Virus record (IMG/VR): IMGVR_UViG_3300013233_000235
Span: 140,042-204,041 of that record
Strand: one strand, 5' to 3'
Length of the DNA stretch: 64,000 nt
Below, one piece after another: positions 49,963 through 60,273 of this stretch. Numbering within the stretch: position 1 is the first letter of the stretch; the number at the start of each line of letters is the position of its first letter. Under the pieces are notes generated by a model that was given only the letters and a program-made list of their open reading frames with translations, did not search any database and was not told the origin of the DNA. A program made the translations under genes and the position numbers.

Positions 49963-50256
49963 ATGCGACTACCCTTGCTTATCACCGCATCCCTTCTAAG
50001 TGGGTGCATGAACATCACCTATAACCGCCCACCACCTGCGCCAACCCCTGTGCCTGAAAAGAAGTGTGTGGTACAGGAATCCGATTATATTAAACTGGTA
50101 GGTCTTTCAGCCGGCTCTTTACCAGAAGCCCTTGATGATCCTACTGATGCCGCCTATGAGGCTTACGCCACTGCTTTAATAACCGTACTGTTGACGTATC
50201 GTCAATCCGCATCCATCTTGATCAAAGGACTCACCGCCCGTGCCGAATGTAATTGA
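49963..50256 (+). CDS. Lipoprotein (o-spanin-like)
   Basis: Lipobox LLSG-C followed by a Pro-rich linker. Confidence 0.6.
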   Translation: MRLPLLITASLLSGCMNITYNRPPPAPTPVPEKKCVVQESDYIKLVGLSAGSLPEALDDPTDAAYEAYATALITVLLTYRQSASILIKGLTARAECN

Positions 50257-51640
50257 GTCTAACGATGATGGCGTGCCAGGTATACTTGTGGACTTTGATG
50301 TTCCGGCAACTGTGGCTAAGCATGTGGATATATTTACCGATGGCGGGGCAAAGCCTTCCCATGGTTCCGCAGGATGGGGTTTCTGGGCAGAGGACTCAGA
50401 TGGTACAACTTATAGTGCGCACGGGTACTTGGGTAGTATGTCTACCAACAACCGTGCTGAGCTACGTGCATTTAAGCGCGCACTACAGATGACGATACAC
50501 ATGGGATGGAAAAATATTACCATCTTGTCCGACTCAGAGTATGTAATCAAGGGTACTAAATGGGCCAGAGATAAATGGCGTAATAATAAGTGGCTTAAAC
50601 CCAATGGTGATGCGGTGCCTAACAAAGACTATTGGGTGTCCATACTCGATCTAGAGGATATACTCAAGGTTGAGGGCGTCAAGTGCGCTGTTAAGAAGGT
50701 AAAGGGCCACAGTGGTAAAGATGATGGTAATAATAAAGCCGACATGCTGGCCACACTGGGTAGGCTAGATGGCGAAGGTGGTGATTTCACTGAGTCAATG
50801 GTTGTGGCTAAGACCGGCGATGCACCGGTCAAAGTGAAGTCAGCTAAGTTCAATAAGATGTTGTCAGGCAAGAGGTTGTTCTTTATGGTCAACTCACCCG
50901 CACCAGTGGCCCCTGAAGGACGTACGGCGTATTACCAGACATCTTATCAGGATGAGGTAAAAGATGCCCCAGGCGAAGATCTAGGTGTGGACTTCGGTAG
51001 CACCACTTACTCTGTGCTACACTCTGTTGAGCCCATTGCGGAAGTGGAAGCAGTGTTGGAATATCAGCATGCGGTCACTCCAGATGATTTTGTTAGCCCA
51101 GTCATGATGTACCTAAGTAATGTGACCAAACCAAACGTGTGGCATGAGTTGGGTAACTACGGTAACAACCGTCTGAAGCACAAGCGTTTATCCGCTCGCA
51201 TGGTCGATGGCTTACCAATCACACGCTTTCTACGACCCCCGCGTAATGCGTATAGAGCACTAGACAAAATGGCTGACTTAGATCAGATCCTACATACGGT
51301 GTTATCAAGCGAGGATAACAACTACGAGATTACAGATATAACAGAAGAGCTGTACACAACGTCCGCCAAAGGTGTGCGTAAGATCAGTGATCTATTTAAG
51401 GAGCCTAGGCTACCTGTCAGCACCACATATGGCGGTAAGGACATAAAACTCAACCTAGTGGTCGGCATAGACCTACCTCCCAAGAACAACATGAGTGCCA
51501 TAGGTAAAGCCACCGGCGACCTAGAAGTACTACTTGTTAAATACGAGTCATACGACGATGGTTTTAGATACTGCGTTGTCATCAAATCCGAACAAGGCGA
51601 AGCAATATATTCCAGTCCCGCTAACTTAGAGGTGGCATAA
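50240..51640 (+). CDS. rnhA: Ribonuclease HI with phiKZ-type C-terminal extension
   Basis: IFTDGG, TNNRAEL, SDSEYV, VKGHSG, NNKADMLA. Confidence 0.92.
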   Translation: MPNVIESNDDGVPGILVDFDVPATVAKHVDIFTDGGAKPSHGSAGWGFWAEDSDGTTYSAHGYLGSMSTNNRAELRAFKRALQMTIHMGWKNITILSDSEYVIKGTKWARDKWRNNKWLKPNGDAVPNKDYWVSILDLEDILKVEGVKCAVKKVKGHSGKDDGNNKADMLATLGRLDGEGGDFTESMVVAKTGDAPVKVKSAKFNKMLSGKRLFFMVNSPAPVAPEGRTAYYQTSYQDEVKDAPGEDLGVDFGSTTYSVLHSVEPIAEVEAVLEYQHAVTPDDFVSPVMMYLSNVTKPNVWHELGNYGNNRLKHKRLSARMVDGLPITRFLRPPRNAYRALDKMADLDQILHTVLSSEDNNYEITDITEELYTTSAKGVRKISDLFKEPRLPVSTTYGGKDIKLNLVVGIDLPPKNNMSAIGKATGDLEVLLVKYESYDDGFRYCVVIKSEQGEAIYSSPANLEVA

Positions 51641-51647
51641 CGCCACC

Positions 51648-51676
51648 CCCACCCATGGTGCTAGGCCATGGGTGGG
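51648..51676. terminator. 11-bp inverted repeat between convergent genes
   Basis: CCCACCCATGG-N7-CCATGGGTGGG. Confidence 0.75.
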
Positions 51677-51687
51677 AGTTATGCATG

Positions 51688-53277
51688 TTATTTGTAGATT
51701 TCTTTAATTTCCTCTAATGAGGTTTCTAGGGCAGTTTTCATAACCCACTCCCTACCCATGAGCATGTGTTTTTCGGTTATCATGCTTACCACCTCTAGAT
51801 GCTTGGTAAGCTTTGCGAAGAAACTGCTTAGTGTGCGTAAGAGTGCGGTGCGTGCATCCATTGTCCACTGCACAACCGCGATGATTGGCGAGCCAATGGG
51901 GTTGGAATCACCCTTGCGCGATTTCTCTAACCCCTCCATGGTTTTCTCAAGATGTTTTACTATCTTCTCAATCGTGTTGGCGGCCTTTTCTATACGCTTA
52001 TCCATTGAGGCGTAATACGCGATTGCAACCTTGGGGGGTATGGGAAGGTAATCAATTTTGTCGACCTCAATCGCAGCAGCCTCAACACCCGTTTGTGGGG
52101 TTGCGGTAAGGGATTCCTCATCTACACTCAGCCCTATACGCATTGTCCCAGGTAGTGAGTCGTAGTAATACTCTGTTACACCAGGGGTGTTAACAGCGTG
52201 TTCCTTTTTAAACAGTTCTAGTAGTTGTGTATCCACCACCTCCTCACGCCAGCTCACGAGGTCAGCAAACATCTGATTAGCAGCATCCTCATGCCTTGCT
52301 TCCTGATCGGGCGACAACTGTTTGTGGGTTGGTGAGCCTTTCTTAATCCTGCCTGGAATCTTATTGGCGGCCTTATCCTCGATAAATAGTTTAAACCCTT
52401 CCATTGCAGAATCGCCCAGTTTTTCAGCGGACTCGGTTATTTTCACAACGGCATCTAGTAGGGCACCATGATCGGCCAGGGTGTCCTCGAATCCTTGGAA
52501 GTTACCAATCTTACCATGGTCCTCAAGCGTTAGCACCCTACCCATATCCTTAAACAGACCCTTGTGCTTATTCCGGTAATCGACATCCAGTGGGAAGAAT
52601 GTAGCTGACGCAATGATCTTGGCCTTTTCGCTATCTTCGCCATAAGCTTTTATGACTTCCAATTCCATCGCAGCGTGTTTATCCTCGGCATGCTTCAGTG
52701 CGTCGGTTAGCTTCTTTAGCTCGGCTTTGGCTTTGGCTTCCTCGGCTTTACTGGCGTTCTTAACAGCTTCTTCAGCGGCTTTAATGCGCTCTTCCGTTGG
52801 GATGACGGCTGTTAGATCGCCGATGTTATCTTGCACATTAGCTATGTTAGCATTAGCGCGGTCACGCCGGTTAGACCGTTCCCCGGTTTTACCGCCGCTT
52901 GGTGTCTTAGACTTCTCGTATGCACCACCTGAAGCACCAGACTTACCAGACGAACTACCGCCGAACATGAACGTTAATGCTCTGGCGATCCACTTTAGAA
53001 TGCGCCCGATCAGGCTGACAATAGCCCCCCATACGCCTTTAATCATAGAGCCGATACCCTGGCACCCGGCGTGGTATTCACTACTCTTTTTAAGCACCAC
53101 ATCGATGGCAGCATCGTATTGCTCAGGCCCAACATCAATGTCTTCGAATGTCATCGCCTCATCTAGCAGTGCCTGTAGGCCCGCTGCTGATTCCTGCTGG
53201 GCATTGGCTGTTTCGATTTCCAGTTCGTCGGCATAGTCCACCAGCGTGCGTCGGTGTAAGTCTTCAATGTATCCCAT
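51688..53277 (-). CDS. Internal head protein, phiKZ-like paralog family
   Basis: Acidic propeptide followed by GIGSMIKGVWGAIVSLIGRILKWI amphipathic helix. Confidence 0.65.
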   Translation of the reverse strand: MGYIEDLHRRTLVDYADELEIETANAQQESAAGLQALLDEAMTFEDIDVGPEQYDAAIDVVLKKSSEYHAGCQGIGSMIKGVWGAIVSLIGRILKWIARALTFMFGGSSSGKSGASGGAYEKSKTPSGGKTGERSNRRDRANANIANVQDNIGDLTAVIPTEERIKAAEEAVKNASKAEEAKAKAELKKLTDALKHAEDKHAAMELEVIKAYGEDSEKAKIIASATFFPLDVDYRNKHKGLFKDMGRVLTLEDHGKIGNFQGFEDTLADHGALLDAVVKITESAEKLGDSAMEGFKLFIEDKAANKIPGRIKKGSPTHKQLSPDQEARHEDAANQMFADLVSWREEVVDTQLLELFKKEHAVNTPGVTEYYYDSLPGTMRIGLSVDEESLTATPQTGVEAAAIEVDKIDYLPIPPKVAIAYYASMDKRIEKAANTIEKIVKHLEKTMEGLEKSRKGDSNPIGSPIIAVVQWTMDARTALLRTLSSFFAKLTKHLEVVSMITEKHMLMGREWVMKTALETSLEEIKEIYK

Positions 53278-53288
53278 TCTAAATCCCC

Positions 53289-54101
53289 TTAAATGATTTC
53301 TGTGAGTTTGTCCAGACTATCGCTGAATGCACTATTTAGAGCAGTGATGTTATGATGCACCACTGCCAGCATCTCGATCTCTTTTGCGAGTGTTAACATG
53401 GTGGTGGCCAACATGGTGGTGGTGGCCTTGTTTTCGCTCACTATGCGGTCATCCCCTTTAGCGGCGGCAACATATGCCACTACTGCTTTACCAAGGGTGG
53501 CATCGTACTCGGCTAGCTTCTTCACGTTCACCTCGGCCATCACCACATTGATCTCATCAATGACTTTACCGGCTTCGATTAACTCGAACTGGCTATCATA
53601 GATCTCTTCCGCTTTAACGGCCGATTTAGGGCTATTAGCCTTGCGTTTAAAGTAAGGGGCCATATCTTTCCGGATGTCTCTCACATTCGCGTAAGACATA
53701 CCCTTAGGGTCCCATACCCGAAGCTGTTCGGTGGTGGTGGTAACCGCGTGTTTGAAGTATGTGGTAAGGGGCTGGATCAGGCGCTCGTTGACATCACTGA
53801 GTTCTGTTATAGCGCTGAGTAACACCCGGGAATAGTCCAGGATGAAACCGCTGAACGTAACCGGTTTATAGAGAATCGTGCCATTAAACGCCGCAGGGCT
53901 AAACGCCTTAAGGTCACTTTCCATACTACGGCCGATGGACACCACGTCTTGTACATCGTGGGCCATAGAGTCTAGGCCATATCGGGTGCGATTGGCTAGT
54001 ACGCGTATATTCTTTTTTAGGAATCCCTGGATATCTTCTGTCACCCCTTGCATACCTGGGTCACTATCTTCGTTTAAAACGTTTCTGATGGAAATGGTCA
54101 T
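53289..54101 (-). CDS. phiKZ-like virion/head protein divergent from uvsX
   Basis: YKPVTFSGFILDY motif; SD GGAG before ATG 54101; synteny. Confidence 0.65.
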   Translation of the reverse strand: MTISIRNVLNEDSDPGMQGVTEDIQGFLKKNIRVLANRTRYGLDSMAHDVQDVVSIGRSMESDLKAFSPAAFNGTILYKPVTFSGFILDYSRVLLSAITELSDVNERLIQPLTTYFKHAVTTTTEQLRVWDPKGMSYANVRDIRKDMAPYFKRKANSPKSAVKAEEIYDSQFELIEAGKVIDEINVVMAEVNVKKLAEYDATLGKAVVAYVAAAKGDDRIVSENKATTTMLATTMLTLAKEIEMLAVVHHNITALNSAFSDSLDKLTEII

Positions 54102-54193
54102 TATTAGGTCTCCGTCTAATTCCATAAATATCCAGCATTTACCGGATCTAATGTGAGTAATACACTTAACATACAATCAGCAAGGGCGCTAAC

Positions 54194-55609
54194 ATGTTTG
54201 ACAATATACCATCCGCATTACCGTTAATACCATACCCCAACGTGGGCTGTCTTATGGATATACCCACCGCCTACTCCGTACTTGGTTCTAAGGGTGAGTC
54301 TATATTGGTAGGTGGGCAAGTGCCCATCTTCTCCGTCGCAGGCCCTGGGAACGTAGGTAAGTCCGAGTTAACTAATTACCGTGTTTGTACGGTAATTGGT
54401 AGATACAAGAATAGCTTCGGCATGGTCTATGATACGGAGGTGTCTGCGCAATACAGTCGTTATGTGCGCGCACTGAGTAGATTCCCCGAGTTTGACGGTA
54501 TGGATCTAACTATAGACAATCCCCGGTTTAAGTTAGTTGTATCCGGTGACATGTTAGGGGATGCGTGGTTCGAGGGTATACGCACGGTTCTTACCAAATC
54601 CCGTATGTCCGCTAATCGTAAGACCGAGGCGACACCATTTCTGCGTACAGATGGGTCTATCCTAAAGTGGCCCGCACCATGGGTTTTCGATATTGACTCC
54701 CTGTCTATGTTCAAGGGGGCCGCCCAGACAAAGCAGTTAGACGATAACACTATCGGATCATCTGAACAGAACACCGTATTCATGGGCGATGGCAAGACCA
54801 AGACCTTACTCATGACGATCTTGCCAAACCTTGCCCATAAGAGTTCGACCTCCTGGCTGGCGGTTGCACACGTGGGCACCACCATCAAGATGGAGAAATA
54901 CGCACCCGATGCGCCCAAGCTGACGTTTGCAAAATCGGGTATTAAGAAGAAAGGTGTTCCGCCCATCTTCGACAGCATCAACGGTATGTTGATCGAGATA
55001 GCTGGCACCACGGTGTGTACTAACTCCAGCAGTGATAAGTCGGCCAGGTTCCCTCTACGCGAAGAAGATCGTAGTAAGAAGGGTACGGCTATCGATCTAA
55101 ACGTAATGCGTGGTGTGACCACCCGTAACAAGTACGGCAACAGCGGCCAGACTTGGAACTTCGTAACATCCCAGCGTGATGGTCTTAATGTTGAGCTTAC
55201 AGAGTTCCTGTACGTCAAGGATGCTGAGGGGTATGATGTTGGATTTGGCCTTAGCGGATCTAATACTAACTACGTGCTCGATCTAGCACCGGATACCAAG
55301 TTACAGCGCACCAACGTGCGCATCAAATTACAGACTACACCGATGTTGCGTAGGGCATTAACCATTACGGCCGACCTGTTGCAGATCAAGCTATTGTGGG
55401 GTCCTGAGAAAATCGATCCGGACCTATTATGTGACCCAGCGACACTCTACGCCGATCTTAAGGCTATGGGGTATAACTGGGATGAGTTACTTGACACCCG
55501 TGAGTACTGGCTATATGACCAGTACTCAAAGAAGGAAAAGCCATTCCTCTCTACCATAGATCTTCTGCGGATGCGCAAAGGGTTGTACAAACCATATTGG
55601 ATGAAATAA
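54194..55609 (+). CDS. uvsX: UvsX/RecA-like recombinase
   Basis: NVGCLMDIPT, Walker A AGPGNVGKS, YDTE, Walker B DIDSLS, RNKYG; C-terminal YKPYW. Confidence 0.88.
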   Translation: MFDNIPSALPLIPYPNVGCLMDIPTAYSVLGSKGESILVGGQVPIFSVAGPGNVGKSELTNYRVCTVIGRYKNSFGMVYDTEVSAQYSRYVRALSRFPEFDGMDLTIDNPRFKLVVSGDMLGDAWFEGIRTVLTKSRMSANRKTEATPFLRTDGSILKWPAPWVFDIDSLSMFKGAAQTKQLDDNTIGSSEQNTVFMGDGKTKTLLMTILPNLAHKSSTSWLAVAHVGTTIKMEKYAPDAPKLTFAKSGIKKKGVPPIFDSINGMLIEIAGTTVCTNSSSDKSARFPLREEDRSKKGTAIDLNVMRGVTTRNKYGNSGQTWNFVTSQRDGLNVELTEFLYVKDAEGYDVGFGLSGSNTNYVLDLAPDTKLQRTNVRIKLQTTPMLRRALTITADLLQIKLLWGPEKIDPDLLCDPATLYADLKAMGYNWDELLDTREYWLYDQYSKKEKPFLSTIDLLRMRKGLYKPYWMK

Positions 55610-55610
55610 C

Positions 55611-55958
55611 ATGTGTGATATCAATGATAGAATCTACGATGCTCTGGATGAGCATGTGGAGGGCTTAGCGGCCGAGTTATACATTACGGACATTCGCTCT
55701 AACTTGGGTGACCCCGCCATGGTCGGTGAATGGTACTTGGAGAAAGATTTGATCAAGTACAATGCTATTTACTGGGGGTTACAGGTTAGCCGCATCTGTG
55801 GGAACGATGAACGGTTCAGTGCCGACTCCCTCGCCTATACCGATTCGGTCGATGGATTCATGGCGGTATTTAACACCCGTGTACTGCCTTACCTAGTTAG
55901 TGATAGCATGAACTGTTGCGCGGTCATAGCCCCGCCCACGGTGAATGGCAATGTCTAG
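55611..55958 (+). CDS. Hypothetical protein
   Basis: Packed between uvsX and the RNAP subunit gene. Confidence 0.7.
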   Translation: MCDINDRIYDALDEHVEGLAAELYITDIRSNLGDPAMVGEWYLEKDLIKYNAIYWGLQVSRICGNDERFSADSLAYTDSVDGFMAVFNTRVLPYLVSDSMNCCAVIAPPTVNGNV

Positions 55959-56619
55959 GGCCAAGGTTGAGAAGTTCTGGCTTGAGGCCATCCGCGAGTT
56001 GGAGGATGGTGATGTGAACGTGGACATCCATAAAGAATTGCTTAAAGGGCTGTCCAATAAAGAATTTGAACAGCTGATGCAAAACTTTAGAGATAAGGTT
56101 GAGTACCCGTCAATGGTGGTACCCAATGGTGCGGAGTTCACACTCAATACTGCCCGCAGTCGTAAAGTTGGGGAACGGCTTGGAGTCAACTTTTTTCAGC
56201 GCATCGTTTACACAGATCCCGCCACCGGTGAAACAATCGTGACACCTGAGAAGTACATCGTGTCTCACCAAACTGCCCGTCGCCAAAAGGAGCATTTGAT
56301 CAAGAAGCAATCCATACCAGAGGGGGACTCTGTTATCGATGCCGCCACTGGTCAGGTAACTGGGGCTGATAAAGGCTCACGGATGTCTCTCCCAGAACTA
56401 CAGGCACTCGAAGGTAAGCGTATGCACGCTGGCCTAGCTGAGACCACCCATATACGCGGCGGTGATGGGAAGGCATTACAAGCCATGCGTAAATCGATCC
56501 AACAAACTGGTAGGTTTAGCCTAGCCCCTATTCAGGCGGCAGGTACTAAGACTACATCCACACAAACCATGCGTGCAACATTGATAGCAATGTTACTGGA
56601 TACCGAAATTGGAAAGTAA
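55945..56619 (+). CDS. Virion RNA polymerase split beta subunit, C-terminal part (phiKZ gp149-like)
   Basis: RRQKEHLIKKQS..ATGQVTGADKGSRMSLPELQAL..IRGGD resembles the RpoB C-terminus. Confidence 0.8.
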   Translation: MAMSRAKVEKFWLEAIRELEDGDVNVDIHKELLKGLSNKEFEQLMQNFRDKVEYPSMVVPNGAEFTLNTARSRKVGERLGVNFFQRIVYTDPATGETIVTPEKYIVSHQTARRQKEHLIKKQSIPEGDSVIDAATGQVTGADKGSRMSLPELQALEGKRMHAGLAETTHIRGGDGKALQAMRKSIQQTGRFSLAPIQAAGTKTTSTQTMRATLIAMLLDTEIGK

Positions 56620-57055
56620 AACCGTTGTTGTAGACATGCAGTACCTTAATCGGCTTTTGGCTGTCTGTATAAAGCGGTTATACCCCGTGGAGGGCTACGG
56701 GCAATGTACCCGCGAATTGCTGTTCCATTACCGATATATGCCGCACACCGACATCGCAGTTGACGGTGATGCACTCAATGTCTTGGAGAGGGAAGCTGCG
56801 GGCGTATTCCAACCGTATGCGACAAGGCTCCTAGCAGATTACTTAATCGAAATATCCTTCGTCGGACACACACTGGAGACCATATGCGATATACTGGGCA
56901 GTGGCAGTGGCCCATACTTTTCTGCGGATACCCGTGAGGACGGAATAGAGGCTGTGACAACCGCCTTTGCAGATAGACCCACACTACTTGTATCTAGGTT
57001 AGCGAGCATGCTTGGGGAGGCTGATATGGCCTATATGGGTATAACCAATGGGTAA
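56609..57055 (+). CDS. Hypothetical protein
   Basis: Overlapping operon gene. Confidence 0.6.
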   Translation: MESKTVVVDMQYLNRLLAVCIKRLYPVEGYGQCTRELLFHYRYMPHTDIAVDGDALNVLEREAAGVFQPYATRLLADYLIEISFVGHTLETICDILGSGSGPYFSADTREDGIEAVTTAFADRPTLLVSRLASMLGEADMAYMGITNG

Positions 57056-57764
57056 GCTGAAGAGGGTATTAGTAACATTAGACTCCCTACTGGATACGAG
57101 ACTGGGCACAGTGGCGTTACTTAACCCAGACTGGGCAGAAGCACTTCTTAATTCGGGTGGCTATCAGCGGCGGATAGGGAACAAGCTTAGCCGCATATGT
57201 CCGATGATTGATGATGATGCCGTGGATGAGGCTTGGGCTGCGCGCAGTGTGTCGTCCTTATTGCGCTCTGGGCCAACTCCGATCATGGCGGTCTTACGAG
57301 GCTCTGTGGCTGAATTCGCACTGCCTGGAGAACATGGGTCGCCGGGTCACCAGCTTGAGATCGTTGTGAACTACCACCCATACCTGCTTACGGAGGAGGA
57401 GCTGGTAATGCAACGGGATATAATAAAGACCGTTACAGGGTGTCATAAGGTGCGACATGTGTTCGTACCACTTGATGAGTTTTCGCCTGATACATTCGAC
57501 CCATATGAGTCTGTGGTGTACCATGAGCTGGATGACTGGATGACGATGTTCTACAGTCGGTTTGCCGGGCACACGCCACGGGATGTGACCTTCTATTATC
57601 CGGAGATTGTTCTGGCTAAAGAGGATGAGTATAAAAAGATGCCTGATGGTTTTGCCCCAACAATGCTGTTGCCATACATTGCTGAGTTAGGGGTTGTACC
57701 AGTGGCTAGACCTTTATACGAGTACAGCCTACTTACAGAAAGACCGTATAGCGATGATACGTGA
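57048..57764 (+). CDS. Conserved phiKZ-like hypothetical protein
   Basis: LDSLLDTRLGT..VNYHPYLLTEEE. Confidence 0.75.
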   Translation: MGKLKRVLVTLDSLLDTRLGTVALLNPDWAEALLNSGGYQRRIGNKLSRICPMIDDDAVDEAWAARSVSSLLRSGPTPIMAVLRGSVAEFALPGEHGSPGHQLEIVVNYHPYLLTEEELVMQRDIIKTVTGCHKVRHVFVPLDEFSPDTFDPYESVVYHELDDWMTMFYSRFAGHTPRDVTFYYPEIVLAKEDEYKKMPDGFAPTMLLPYIAELGVVPVARPLYEYSLLTERPYSDDT

Positions 57765-57767
57765 CAT

Positions 57768-57797
57768 AGACAGGCGGTAACCCGCCTGTCTTTTTTA
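57768..57797 (+). terminator. Intrinsic terminator
   Basis: AGACAGGCGG-TAAC-CCGCCTGTCT followed by a T tract. Confidence 0.85.
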
Positions 57798-58181
57798 TTT
57801 GTTTATAAGGTCGTCATAGTTAAGCTCAACATCCATCCCCTCCATCTCAGTGGCATCCACTATCTCATTGTTTATACGGTCCAGGCTGGCTACCACTTTA
57901 ACGGTGCGGCCTTCACCATTCTCAATGCGGCGCGGTGGTGGTACGAGCTTAGCTGCTTGTACCAGGGCTGCTGCTAGTGCCGCCACGCTATCATTTGATT
58001 CTTTGTCGATAAGCATGCGCTGCCTGTCTGTGGCCGTCTTAGCCATATCGGTTAATAACCGGCGGTGCTCCTTAGGGTCGTCAATGTTACGTAACAGAGC
58101 ATAACGACGTCTGGTCACATCTTCGATCTGGGCGTGGGGATTAGATATGAGTTCATCAGTGCTGTGCTTATTATCAGTCAT
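57795..58181 (-). CDS. Hypothetical protein
   Basis: SD AGGAG before ATG 58181. Confidence 0.7.
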   Translation of the reverse strand: MTDNKHSTDELISNPHAQIEDVTRRRYALLRNIDDPKEHRRLLTDMAKTATDRQRMLIDKESNDSVAALAAALVQAAKLVPPPRRIENGEGRTVKVVASLDRINNEIVDATEMEGMDVELNYDDLINK

Positions 58182-58210
58182 GTTTTTCTCCTGGGGGTCT
58201 ATACTATCGC

Positions 58211-58314
58211 AATCTGGAATCAAGCATATCTCAATGACATATAACTAAAATGGATATAGGCGTTTTGACTTATATCACTATGGCTTAACAGCCAGGAGTT
58301 TTACTATGACAAAT
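58211..58314 (+). promoter_or_regulatory. Family-B cassette repeat copy 2
   Basis: Near-identical to 24330-24435, including ATGACAAAT. Confidence 0.9.
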
Positions 58315-58611
58315 TCAAATGGTCTTATCGTTACCACATCCCCCACCGCGTTACCACAGGGTGTCGCCGAACAGATCGGGTGCGCAGACGCCCTAACCAT
58401 CAACTTATCCTACCGCAGCCGTGGTAGTGAGCGGATGGATGCGATACTTGATGCACTGATGAGCGGGTTGCATAGCAGCCGTACACTTCTAACCGAATGC
58501 CCCGAGGAGGCGGCCCTGGGCACATGCCACGGCTACCGCATTATGACCCCCCTGCCGGATGGGTCCTATAGCCTGGTATCCCCGGGAGGGTTAGTAGAAA
58601 TCCTCTCGTAA
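58306..58611 (+). CDS. Hypothetical protein
   Basis: SD AGGAG; bounded by a B and an A repeat. Confidence 0.75.
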   Translation: MTNSNGLIVTTSPTALPQGVAEQIGCADALTINLSYRSRGSERMDAILDALMSGLHSSRTLLTECPEEAALGTCHGYRIMTPLPDGSYSLVSPGGLVEILS

Positions 58612-58719
58612 AGTCAGCCCCTTCGGGGGCTTTCTTTTTTATTTGTTTCCCTATATTCTTAAGCCTATATAACTTGTATGAAGAGACGCATTGATCTCTT
58701 ACTTTGGAGTTTAGTTATG
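58611..58719 (+). promoter_or_regulatory. Family-A cassette repeat copy 9
   Basis: Loop CGCATTGA, 3' block ACTTTGGAG. Confidence 0.9.
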
Positions 58720-60207
58720 AGTAAGTATCCAGATGTGCGCAAGGCCGAAGTGGTGTCCAAACTGCTAAGTCATGCTTGTTCCAGCTATTACGCTGGCACC
58801 CCTATTCTATCGGATTATGAGTATGACATGATTCGAAACGACGAGGGCGATTGGCTACGTACAACCGGTGCGGTTGCCGTAATGTACACCTCTATCCCCA
58901 TCCGCACCAAGGTTGACAATCTGGGGTGGTCATATGTGCCGCAACCGGTGGAGTGGTGCCCAGAGCCCGATATGATTAATCGCAACTACCGGTGGTGCGC
59001 TTTGTATGCGCACATACCCATACCTGTGGGTAAGATTGTCATAGCGAGATGGGTGGGTGGCAAGTTGGTGGACATCATCACCCCGCCCATTAACGGCTGG
59101 GTTACCGACCTATCACACCTCATCGGTAAATGCGACCTACCCATGGATGTTACAAAATCCTGGGGTGATGCGGATCTACACGTGTTGGGCACGCTGGCAC
59201 CGAGCGACGCCGTTACGTATAAGTTCCGTCGCATACCAGTGCACATCGGGGACCCCCTATCCGACGTCCCCGAAGTCACCCGGGCCATTGCTGCCACCAT
59301 CGGCTTTGATACGATCCAGACCACGATAATAGATGTGGATGATCGTAAAGATTGGGCGTTATCTGAGGGAGATTTGCTGTATGCCACGCAGCCCGTACCA
59401 TTCGAGGGTAATGGTTTTTTACCGGGGCTGGTGCGTGTGGCGGGGTATTCCGCCACACACTGGGGTAACGCCAAGGTCGTAGACGGTAGTGCGGTGTCAC
59501 AGGTTAATAGTCTGATAAACACACGGGGGCAGTTTATCAAGCCCGTTACCCAAGTTCAGGTGGTGTGCCCGGCATGTGGCGGTGAGGTAAGAAGCGTAGA
59601 CCTAGTCAGCGAGTTTGTCTCGGATGTCACCATAGATGGTGGCATCCTACATCAGTGTTTGCGGGCTGAAAGTGACAGCGAGTGCTGCCCTGGCCAGTTG
59701 GCCGCTGCCATCATGGCGTTACCATTTGCGTATCGCCCTGAGCATCGGGATGAAAATATCCACGGCGTCATATTACGTGGTGACCACAATACTGTGGCGG
59801 GGTATTCTGATGGGGACTTGACGGTGGATTACAATAGTTGGCGACATCTGTTGCAATCACCGCCGCCAAATTTGGTTGCCACTCACCGGGATTTCTGGGC
59901 GTGCTTGGAGCAGATGGTTAAAGAGGGTTTATCTAAGCGGGCCTACGCAGACGCCATGGTCAAAATGTATACCGGTGTAACATTCACACCCCTGGCCGAC
60001 ATGGACATACGCCGCATTGGTTCAGCTACACCCAAGCTGCTAGTGGCTGCGTTTGAAAAGGATCCACTCTTGGCTGAGTTTATGGATGTCAGTGAGGACA
60101 CGTTGTCCGTCGGGGAAGACTACAAAGGCACTGTTGGCATAGACCTCACCACAGCTAGTGGTATACAGGAGTTTCACGCATACGCCATTAAGAACCTATT
60201 GAGTTAA
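58717..60207 (+). CDS. Catalytically dead NAD-ligase-derived protein 1
   Basis: YYAGTPILSDYEYD (Ia); IARWVGGKLV; HVLGT; IGFDT; CPACGG..QC..CCPG; no KxDG. Confidence 0.8.
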   Translation: MSKYPDVRKAEVVSKLLSHACSSYYAGTPILSDYEYDMIRNDEGDWLRTTGAVAVMYTSIPIRTKVDNLGWSYVPQPVEWCPEPDMINRNYRWCALYAHIPIPVGKIVIARWVGGKLVDIITPPINGWVTDLSHLIGKCDLPMDVTKSWGDADLHVLGTLAPSDAVTYKFRRIPVHIGDPLSDVPEVTRAIAATIGFDTIQTTIIDVDDRKDWALSEGDLLYATQPVPFEGNGFLPGLVRVAGYSATHWGNAKVVDGSAVSQVNSLINTRGQFIKPVTQVQVVCPACGGEVRSVDLVSEFVSDVTIDGGILHQCLRAESDSECCPGQLAAAIMALPFAYRPEHRDENIHGVILRGDHNTVAGYSDGDLTVDYNSWRHLLQSPPPNLVATHRDFWACLEQMVKEGLSKRAYADAMVKMYTGVTFTPLADMDIRRIGSATPKLLVAAFEKDPLLAEFMDVSEDTLSVGEDYKGTVGIDLTTASGIQEFHAYAIKNLLS

Positions 60208-60273
60208 ACGCGGCGTGTGTTGCTACACCGCATCCCCATCCTGGGGGTGTGTACTACATAAAGGGTATATTAC

